From an uncultured virus (IMG/VR IMGVR_UViG_3300035502_001146) (Duplodnaviria > Heunggongvirae > Uroviricota > Caudoviricetes), in the IMG/VR virus record IMGVR_UViG_3300035502_001146: a DNA stretch of 64,000 nt; one strand, written 5' to 3'. The notes beneath the pieces were generated by a model. The model was not told the origin of the DNA. It made no database searches and saw only the letters and a program-made list of their open reading frames with translations. Positions 1 through 7,625 of this stretch are shown one piece after another. Position 1 is the first letter of the stretch. Each line of letters begins with the position of its first letter. The translations under genes and the position numbers were made by a program.

Positions 1-162
1 GAGGATATATTGATAATCCAAATTAGGAAGATTATAAGCCCACTCAAATTCAGTCCAAAGCTGACGTGGTGGAGAATTATAAAGTTTTAAATGGTAGATA
101 TCCGACCATTCGGCAGGAGTACGTTTGGATAAATCTATATTAATATCTTCAAATTCAGCCAT
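1..162 (-). CDS. Partial hypothetical protein (runs off the window start)
   Basis: ATG at 162, 6 nt after the trpF stop, with AAAGGA RBS; frame MAEFEDINIDLSKRTPAEW... is open to position 1. Confidence 0.6.
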   Translation of the reverse strand, partial: MAEFEDINIDLSKRTPAEWSDIYHLKLYNSPPRQLWTEFEWAYNLPNLDYQYIL

Positions 163-168
163 TTATTA

Positions 169-786
169 TCAGTCCTTTCTTATTGTTTGTATTAATTCTT
201 TTATTTTATTATAACTTTTAAAACCGTTTTCCTCAACTGATGAGCTTAAATCAATCACTTGTGGATGTACGGTTTTGTATGCTTTTATTATATTTTCACT
301 ATTTATACCGCCTGCAAGTACTGTGTTGTGCTTTTTTGCAAAGGCGGTTGCAATCTCCCAGTTGAAGGTCTTGCCCGTGCCGCCACGCTCTTTGGCGTTG
401 TAGGCATCAAGCACAAAGGCTGTTGCATTTGTGTATTTCGCTGCTTTTGCAAGGCTGTCACCGTCTTTAACGGCTATTGCTTTCCAAACCGTTTGACGTA
501 TTTTTCCACAATCCTCATTTGTTTCGTCGGAGTGCAACTGGCAGATATCAAGCCCGACTTCATCGGCTATGTGCCGTATATCCTCTATACTTTGGTCGGC
601 AAACACACCAACAGTTTTAATATCGGGACGGAGACGTTTTTTTATTGCTTTTGCCGTTTGTATGTCAATCTGTCTTTTACTCTTTGCAAACACAAAGCCG
701 ACATATTTTATCTCCTCAAACTCGTTTACATACTCTGCATCCTCGGTTCGTCTAAGTCCGCAAATCTTGATTTTTATATTATTCAT
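169..786 (-). CDS. trpF: Phosphoribosylanthranilate isomerase
   Basis: Motifs KIKICGL, GFVF-SKRQI, VGVF, QLH, GGTGKTFNW, LAGGI, IDLSSSVE. Confidence 0.95.
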   Translation of the reverse strand: MNNIKIKICGLRRTEDAEYVNEFEEIKYVGFVFAKSKRQIDIQTAKAIKKRLRPDIKTVGVFADQSIEDIRHIADEVGLDICQLHSDETNEDCGKIRQTVWKAIAVKDGDSLAKAAKYTNATAFVLDAYNAKERGGTGKTFNWEIATAFAKKHNTVLAGGINSENIIKAYKTVHPQVIDLSSSVEENGFKSYNKIKELIQTIRKD

Positions 787-875
787 AAAAAATTACCAAA
801 TTCTTTTATCTTATAAGTTTTTTTGCAATACAGCTAATGTTTGATTGGCATTCTCACCACAAAAATTTATTTATT

Positions 876-1228
876 GTTTTAACACACACATATATAAGTT
901 ACAACCAAAAAACGGTGGTAACTATATGTCTCAAATTTCAATACATATATATGTATAAATTGCAACAGTGTTGATGTATTACTTTGTGATGTTACTTTTG
1001 AATCTCAATACATATATGTGTATAAGTTGCAACAAAGAAGAAAACGATATAAAAGATATAAAGCAAATCTCAATACATATATGTGTATAAGTTGCAACGT
1101 CAAGAAGCCGATTGTGTTGTGTACTGTTGTAATCTCAATACATATATGTGTATAAGTTGCAACACATATTTTGACCCTAAAGTTGTAGCCGACAGAATCT
1201 CAATACATATATGTGTATAAGTTGCAAC
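876..1228 (-). CRISPR. CRISPR array 1; 33-nt repeat GTTGCAACTTATACACATATATGTATTGAGATT (minus strand), 5 spacers
   Basis: Identical repeats at 1001-1033, 1066-1098, 1131-1163 and 1196-1228; variant at 934-966; degenerate copy at ~876-905; spacers of 32, 32, 32, 34 and 28 nt; degeneracy increases away from the leader. Confidence 0.95.
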
Positions 1229-1420
1229 AACAAAATTGCACAAAAAATATTCAATTTTTTAACTATTATTTATTTGTGTTAAATAGATGATATATAAACA
1301 ACAAATTACAAAAGTTATTTATTATTAAACGAATATTAACTCTTGTACAATTTTATAGGTGCGAACCCCAATTTCAAACGCTTAAAATCAGCATTAGATT
1401 TTAAGGATTCGCACTTATAT
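1229..1420 (-). promoter_or_regulatory. CRISPR leader 1 with GTGCGAA...TTCGCAC inverted repeat (type I-C-like)
   Basis: GTGCGAA at 1359-1365 and TTCGCAC at 1408-1414; homologous to 3984-4170. Confidence 0.7.
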
Positions 1421-1424
1421 TTTT

Positions 1425-1626
1425 TAATCACAACATTACTATATATATGCCTTGTTTGTACACAAAATTCTTCTCAGCTTACTAATTATAAACACAATGT
1501 TATAAAAGCAAGACAGCACTAAAACTTTTTCCAAACAAGCTTCATTACCAAGGACAGTAATCTATCCATTAACGGTAATATTTAAAGAAGGAGTTGAGAT
1601 TCTCCTACTGTTCTTTTTCAAGAACA
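1425..1626 (-). ncRNA. Putative tracrRNA 1 (~200 nt)
   Basis: Own TTGACA-17-TATAAT promoter; loop AATCTCAA (1594-1601) complementary to the repeat 3' end TTGAGATT; imperfect anti-repeat at 1427-1450; stems covary with copy 2. Confidence 0.8.
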
Positions 1627-1631
1627 AATAT

Positions 1632-1660
1632 ATTATACCATACTTTTTAAACTTTGTCAA
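1632..1660 (-). promoter_or_regulatory. Sigma70/SigA promoter of tracrRNA 1
   Basis: TTGACA at 1655-1660, 17-bp spacer, TGnTATAAT with -10 at 1632-1637. Confidence 0.85.
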
Positions 1661-1671
1661 TAGTTTTTAAA

Positions 1672-3348
1672 TTATAATTCTGAAAAATCTTTTAACCCTA
1701 AACTTGATACCTTATGAGTAGAATTATCATTTTTAAGCTCTCTGATTACTTCATCGTGCATTTTATCGAAATTAGCAAAACCGTCAATACATTCCTGCCT
1801 ATTAAAAGTTTCCAAATCAGGATTGATGTGACTAATACAATAAGCTGCATATAAGTCACGTTGATACTTTTTACCATCAATAGTTTTAAACCTTTTGCTT
1901 AAGGGCATTTTAACGTAAGTATTATCTACGTGGTTATATTGACTTGCTTTAGCTTTTTTAGTGTTTATTTTAATAAGTTCTTTATTGAAATAACCAAGTT
2001 TCCTATTTAAGATATCCAATGCCTTTGAAGGAGCTTTATTAGCCAAAGACTTACCAAATCTCTTTTTACGGTTAAACTTACCCTTAGAATTTTTAGTAGT
2101 CTTTTTAGCCTTTTTCTGTAATGCTTTGAAATCCATATCTTCTACATAAAACTCATCGCCCATTCCAATAATTTCATTAGCAAGTGTTTCGTGTGAAAGT
2201 GTTCTTAAATCGGCTTGCTTTCTGAAAAGCTCTTTTCTTTCAGCTGCTAATTTTTTATAGTTGTTTGATTGTTTCCACTTACGTTTTTCTCCTTCTTTTA
2301 GTGTAACAAGAGTTCCATCTTCATTAAAGTTATCAGGGTTAGTAGCTCTTCTACTTCTATCCATTTTTCTATTAATTATTCTGAGCTGATTTTGAATATC
2401 TTGTGCTCCTTTTGCAAGCTCTTCCAATTTTAATTCTCTATCACTAGATACTGCAATAGTTTGAGTACCAATATCAATACCAACCTTACCGTTGCCCATA
2501 AGGCGATTATAATTAGTAGGTGGAATACCATTCAATGTTGCCTGTACAAAAAATCTATCTTTCTTTTTTATACTCTTGCGAACAATTCTACACCTAATTA
2601 TTTTGTTATTGTTTAAAGCTTCTATAATGTAGTTATTATTTTTAGGGAGCTTAATAGGATAATCTTTTTTCATATAGGTTACGCAATTCTTTTCAAGGTC
2701 TAACTTAACAGCTTGATTTTTAGAACTGCCATTTATAGAATCAACAGTATTATAACGCTTGAAATGGAATCTTTTGCCATTGCCCCATAAGTTTTTATCG
2801 TAAGCTCTCCAAATATCGTCTCTAATACTTTCAGCTGTTTTAGAATGTATATTAAAATGAGAATATACTTTTTGAACATCTTTGTCAAAATCATATTTTG
2901 AAATTCTATATTCTTTTAACAATTCATTTTTTATATTATTAAACTCAGGTTTAATCAATTTAAATTCATCATTTAATTTCTTTTTTTCTGCTGCAAGTAT
3001 TTTTGTCTGAACTGCAATATCTTTCTTCTTATTATTTAAATCAATAATTTCTTCGTTAGACAAATTATTATTTTTTAAAAGTTCATTTATCTCAGCTATC
3101 TCATTATTCAACTCATTTATTTGATTTTTATAATCATTAATAGGCTTCCAATACTTTTCAGTAGTTTTTTCTATATACTTATACTTCTTAGTCTTTTGCA
3201 TTTCTTTATATCTTTTTAATGTTATACTAAGAACCGTATTATATACCTTTCTACAATCTTCCAATTTCTTATTTAAGAAATCAATTTGGAATTTTTCAAG
3301 GTTCAAAGGTATTTGTACTACAAAGCATTTCTTTTCTGATTTAGCCAT
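1672..3348 (-). CDS. tnpB: CRISPR-associated TnpB/Cas12f-like RNA-guided RuvC nuclease, 558 aa
   Basis: RuvC-I GIDIG, RuvC-II YVEDMDF, RuvC-III QRDLYAA; bridge-helix segment RKMDRSRRATNP; N-terminal coiled-coil insertion; own promoter at 3394-3422. Confidence 0.9.
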   Translation of the reverse strand: MAKSEKKCFVVQIPLNLEKFQIDFLNKKLEDCRKVYNTVLSITLKRYKEMQKTKKYKYIEKTTEKYWKPINDYKNQINELNNEIAEINELLKNNNLSNEEIIDLNNKKKDIAVQTKILAAEKKKLNDEFKLIKPEFNNIKNELLKEYRISKYDFDKDVQKVYSHFNIHSKTAESIRDDIWRAYDKNLWGNGKRFHFKRYNTVDSINGSSKNQAVKLDLEKNCVTYMKKDYPIKLPKNNNYIIEALNNNKIIRCRIVRKSIKKKDRFFVQATLNGIPPTNYNRLMGNGKVGIDIGTQTIAVSSDRELKLEELAKGAQDIQNQLRIINRKMDRSRRATNPDNFNEDGTLVTLKEGEKRKWKQSNNYKKLAAERKELFRKQADLRTLSHETLANEIIGMGDEFYVEDMDFKALQKKAKKTTKNSKGKFNRKKRFGKSLANKAPSKALDILNRKLGYFNKELIKINTKKAKASQYNHVDNTYVKMPLSKRFKTIDGKKYQRDLYAAYCISHINPDLETFNRQECIDGFANFDKMHDEVIRELKNDNSTHKVSSLGLKDFSEL

Positions 3349-3537
3349 TTTTATTTCCTCCTTTTAATATTTTAGTATTTTGTCTATGCTTGTATTATAT
3401 CACAAATTCTATTATTTGTCAAGTATTTTTTAACAATAAAAAAGAACTTAGTGGTAAAACTAAGCTCTTTTTGAATTGTAATTTATTTGCAAGGAGGATT
3501 ATTACAAAATGGCAAAATGTATAATCAATTAAATAAA

Positions 3538-3756
3538 TTACAATGTATTTATGAAATCTTTAATTGTTTTTAAGTCATCAGGATTATGAGTAACAACCTC
3601 TACTGGTAAAGAAAAGTCCAAAGAGAAAAGACCCATAATAGACTTACCGTCTACTATATATCTATCGGATTTTACTTCAACATCACCGTTGCATTTATTA
3701 GTTGTATTTACAAAATCCTTAACTGTTTGAATATTATTAAAAGTTATTGTCATCAT
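3538..3756 (-). CDS. HPr-like protein (Ser46 motif retained, no His15 motif)
   Basis: VDGKSIMGLFSL motif; 72 aa. Confidence 0.8.
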   Translation of the reverse strand: MMTITFNNIQTVKDFVNTTNKCNGDVEVKSDRYIVDGKSIMGLFSLDFSLPVEVVTHNPDDLKTIKDFINTL

Positions 3757-3879
3757 TTTCTACCTCCCTTTTTATTTTTATATATTATATATATAAATAA
3801 AAACAAAAGTTAAACAAAATAATAAAAATTTTATTTTAATTTTATCAAATCAACATATGCAACTTACAATGATAATTCA

Positions 3880-3983
3880 ATTACAATACATATACATATA
3901 CATATATAAATTGCAACGTGAATGATTATGAGGAAAATAATAACAGCACATATTCCAATACATATACATATATAAATTGCAAC
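3880..3983 (-). CRISPR. CRISPR mini-array 2; repeat GTTGCAATTTATATATGTATATGTATTGGAAT, 1 spacer
   Basis: Repeat at 3952-3983; degenerate repeat with a 6-nt duplication at 3880-3917; spacer 3918-3951; flank homologous to the array 1 leader. Confidence 0.8.
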
Positions 3984-4172
3984 TGCAACATTGCACAAGA
4001 ATATTCAATTTTTGAAATTTATTTTAATCACAACAAATAAATGATATGTAAATAACTTTCCTATAAAAGCTATTTGTAATCAAAAAATATCACCTTTTGT
4101 GCAAAATTGCAGGTGCGAATCTAATTTTAAAATATATAAGAACAATATTCTTTTTTTAAGATTCGCACTTGC
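3984..4172 (-). promoter_or_regulatory. CRISPR leader 2
   Basis: GTGCGAATCT at 4113-4122 and AGATTCGCAC at 4159-4168; homologous to leader 1. Confidence 0.7.
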
Positions 4173-4177
4173 ATTTT

Positions 4178-4380
4178 TAATTGCAATTTTATTATATATG
4201 CCTTGTTTGTACGCAAAGTCCTTCTCAGTTTACTAATTATAAACATAATGTTATAAAAAACAAATAGTACTAAGACTTTTTCCAAAACAAGCTTTATTGT
4301 CAAAGAAAGCAATCTTTCCATTAACGACAATATTTAAGGGAGGAGTTGAAATTCCCCTACCGTTCTCTCTTTCAAGAACA
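4178..4380 (-). ncRNA. Putative tracrRNA 2
   Basis: Diverged copy of 1425-1626; promoter at 4386-4414; loop AATTTCAA at 4346-4353; anti-repeat at 4180-4201. Confidence 0.8.
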
Positions 4381-4429
4381 GTTATATTATATCACACTTT
4401 CAATCTTTTGTCAATAGTTTTTAAAAAAA

Positions 4430-4840
4430 TTATTGAGCATATTTATAAATAAAATTATCTTCTGTTTCTGTAAAGTTTCTACTTAACTTATTATTATGCT
4501 TAACAATTTTTATTTCATCATAATTAAAAAACCAATCTGTAGAATAAACGCTATTTTTATCATCATTTTTAAGCAACCTAATTCTTAACTTATCTTTCTT
4601 AACCGCAGGGCAAATAAATATACCAAATTTTTTAATATTAGGTATATAAACAATATCTCCTGATTTAATTCTTTTCTTATATCCACTCCACCATTCTAAA
4701 TTAATATTTTTATCTGTTACTAAACCATTTATTATCTCTGATAAAGATGTATTAGATGCGTTTTCTTTCTCTACATAATTGTTCATTAAATAATTTTTAA
4801 ATTCATTTGTAATACTTTCAACTTCATTAATACTAAGCAT
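4430..4840 (-). CDS. Hypothetical protein
   Basis: 136-aa ORF with AGGAG RBS. Confidence 0.7.
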   Translation of the reverse strand: MLSINEVESITNEFKNYLMNNYVEKENASNTSLSEIINGLVTDKNINLEWWSGYKKRIKSGDIVYIPNIKKFGIFICPAVKKDKLRIRLLKNDDKNSVYSTDWFFNYDEIKIVKHNNKLSRNFTETEDNFIYKYAQ

Positions 4841-4913
4841 AAATAAATATCTCCTTTTAAAATGTTTAATAAGATATTTATATTATATGCTTATTTTTCT
4901 TTATTTATACAAC

Positions 4914-5648
4914 TTATTGAAAATAATCACCTTGGGCAAATACTTTATAATTACTTATTATATCTTGCTCTACTCTATTCTTTATATAAAAGCCTTTTAT
5001 TTCAAAAGGTCGTTTGCAATTCTTAGGAATAGTAATAGTTGTATCACTAATAGCAATAGCTTCACCATCTTCATCATAAAAAACAACCCTTATACAAACA
5101 GACTGCTCTTTATTTTTATTGTTACTTATTTTACCTGTAACTATAGGAGCTTTATTTCTATATTTTAAATCAGTATTACTTACTTCAAATTCATTTACTT
5201 GCTGCGTAGCTGCAACAATATTAACATGAGGAACTAATATCAAACTTTCATTATTTAATGCATCTTCTGTTAATTTTAAATTTCCTATATCATTATAGAA
5301 GTAACCTTTTTCATTTGGTCGTATTACAGATGGACAAGAAGTAATAATACCACTTGTTTGAAAATACTCTCCATTATTATTTTTTAAATCAAATGTACAA
5401 TCTTTTAGATATATATTATTATTTCCTGTGTTAGTAATTTCAACTATACCATAATATTCCTTGTTATCTAATTCTACATAATCAAGCCTTGTATTTGTAA
5501 TTGAATAACTTATTTCATCAGTAACACTAATATCCGTATCTTCAATTACAACTTCATTATTACTTTCAGTTTTATTACAACTTATCAATAAAGAATAAAT
5601 GATGATAATAAGGAAAATGATTTTAATATATAAGAATTTATTTTTCAT
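4914..5648 (-). CDS. Putative lipoprotein with two Ig-like domains; paralog of 6461-7423
   Basis: Hydrophobic N-terminus ending LISC; EYYGIVEITNTG...YLKDCTFDL shared with the paralog. Confidence 0.7.
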   Translation of the reverse strand: MKNKFLYIKIIFLIIIIYSLLISCNKTESNNEVVIEDTDISVTDEISYSITNTRLDYVELDNKEYYGIVEITNTGNNNIYLKDCTFDLKNNNGEYFQTSGIITSCPSVIRPNEKGYFYNDIGNLKLTEDALNNESLILVPHVNIVAATQQVNEFEVSNTDLKYRNKAPIVTGKISNNKNKEQSVCIRVVFYDEDGEAIAISDTTITIPKNCKRPFEIKGFYIKNRVEQDIISNYKVFAQGDYFQ

Positions 5649-6000
5649 TCACTATCAGCTCCCTACTTATTTTATATTAAAAATATTATTAAAAAAAACA
5701 AAAAACGAGAAGTTTATATATCTCCTCGTTTCTTGCTTCCTTATTAAGGGGTACATGAAAAAATTTTATTGCGAAGATTATTATATATCAATTATCTAAA
5801 TTTGTCAAGAACTTTTTTGTACAAAAAAAGAGTGCCAACGAACAGCACTCTTTTTCCTTGTAACCACTTTATTTTATTAAGGAGGACCCCAACTATGAAA
5901 CAAAATTGGAGCAACAAAACACAATCACAACACTAAAACTTAGTGTCACTTAGTAAATATTATTTATAATTGTTTTTATATTAGGTAAATTAAAAAATTT

Positions 6001-6405
6001 TTAAATAAGAAAAATATTTTTAAATACCACGAAATAATTCTTAATAAGAAAATTTAGAGTAAGTATTATTAAGAATATATATAGATATTTGTTAGTAATA
6101 CTAAAAACCTTGATTTTATTAAAGAAAATAGCAATAGTATTTTTAATCATAAAGATACTTCCTAATAATATTGTATAGATTACAATAGGGTTATAATAAA
6201 TACTCTTTAACAGCTCTCCTTGAAACAATAATATAGTAGCTCTTGTACCACCGCATAAAGGACAATATATATTAAAGTTTGTTTTCAAGAAACAGTTTGT
6301 TTCTATGATGAAATACTTAGATAAAATAAAATAAATAATTATTATTACAATTGAAAATATTCCTAAGTAATAAAGCAATTTATCTTCTATGTTAAATTTC
6401 TTCAT
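6001..6405 (-). CDS. DUF2752-like membrane protein
   Basis: C...CPLCGGTRA motif, YNP, three hydrophobic segments. Confidence 0.75.
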   Translation of the reverse strand: MKKFNIEDKLLYYLGIFSIVIIIIYFILSKYFIIETNCFLKTNFNIYCPLCGGTRATILLFQGELLKSIYYNPIVIYTILLGSIFMIKNTIAIFFNKIKVFSITNKYLYIFLIILTLNFLIKNYFVVFKNIFLI

Positions 6406-6460
6406 ATATATTCTCCTTTCTAAAAAAGAGAGGGAGAATTATATCTCCCTCTTATATGTG

Positions 6461-7423
6461 TTACCACTGATAATAACTTACCTGTGCGATAGTTTTATAA
6501 TCTCCAACAGTATTTGCAGTTACATTATCATTCATAAACATACCCGAATTTTCAAAACTCTTTTTGCCATTAGCAGGGATGTCGTAAACATTTGTTCCTG
6601 TTATTGCCAACACCTCACCATTTTTATCATAAAAAATTGTTTGTACATAACAATTTTGTTCTTCGTTCGTAGTATTTATAATTCTACCTGTGATAACAGG
6701 ATAATTGCTATCATACTTTAATTCAGTATCGCTTACTTCCAAATCGGTTGCTTCACCTGTTGCTTCTACGACAGTAACTTGTGGTACTAAATTTATACCA
6801 TTGCTAACAGATACACCATCATCAAGAGTAGTAGAACCTATATTGTTGTAGAAATAACCTTTTTCACCAGGCTTAATTACATCAGGAACTGAACTAATAA
6901 AGTCCTCTGTCTGCAAAAGATGACCTGTATTATCTTCCAAATCAAATGTACAATCTTTAAGGTAAAGATTTGTACTACCTGTATTTGTTATTTCAACAAT
7001 GCCATAATATTCTGTTTTACCAATTGAATTAGTGTAATATTCAAACTTAGTATTACTAATTTCATAATTGGTTTCTCCTGTTGAAACATCAGTAGAACTT
7101 TTATCTTCTAAACTATCTGAGCTACTTGCAGGAGTACTTGTACCTGTTGTAGTAGAAGTATCACTTTTACTACTCATAATAGTTATTCCACCGCCACAGC
7201 AACACAAAAGGAAAATAACACCAACGATAATAGCAATTATTAGTACTGTTGGATTCTTATTCTTAGCTCCACATATTGGACAACTCTTTGCTGTCTTTGC
7301 CATTGGACTACCACAAGTAGGGCATTTTTTCATACCATTGGGTATCATATTATTTACGCCATTATTCATACCATTGTTTGTATTATTCATACCGTTATTT
7401 ACATTATTCATATTATCATTCAT
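6461..7423 (-). CDS. Zinc-ribbon membrane-anchored protein with Ig-like ectodomains
   Basis: CPTCG...CPICG, transmembrane helix, Ser/Thr linker. Confidence 0.75.
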   Translation of the reverse strand: MNDNMNNVNNGMNNTNNGMNNGVNNMIPNGMKKCPTCGSPMAKTAKSCPICGAKNKNPTVLIIAIIVGVIFLLCCCGGGITIMSSKSDTSTTTGTSTPASSSDSLEDKSSTDVSTGETNYEISNTKFEYYTNSIGKTEYYGIVEITNTGSTNLYLKDCTFDLEDNTGHLLQTEDFISSVPDVIKPGEKGYFYNNIGSTTLDDGVSVSNGINLVPQVTVVEATGEATDLEVSDTELKYDSNYPVITGRIINTTNEEQNCYVQTIFYDKNGEVLAITGTNVYDIPANGKKSFENSGMFMNDNVTANTVGDYKTIAQVSYYQW

Positions 7424-7625
7424 AAAAAGTCCTCCTTTAGTTTTTTAGTATTAATGTTTTTTAGAATTGATAAATTAGATTTCCTTTATTTACTTTTATT
7501 AACCTCCTTATATTTATTTGAAAATCATTTTTAATGTACTTATATAATACCACACTTTTTATTCTTTGTCAAGTATTTTAAATAAAAAAGGTGACTAAAA
7601 AATAGTCACCTTTTTTGTATAAGTA

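Noticed and set aside
259..844. Plus-strand ORFs 259-816 and 569-844
   Set aside because: Antisense shadows of trpF
1672..3348. Ordinary IS200/IS605 insertion sequence
   Set aside because: No tnpA or recognisable IS ends; the gene has its own promoter and RBS and is followed by a separately promoted RNA and a CRISPR array
4127..4330. 67-aa ORF from the track
   Set aside because: Overlaps tracrRNA 2; conservation with copy 1 is structural and includes indels
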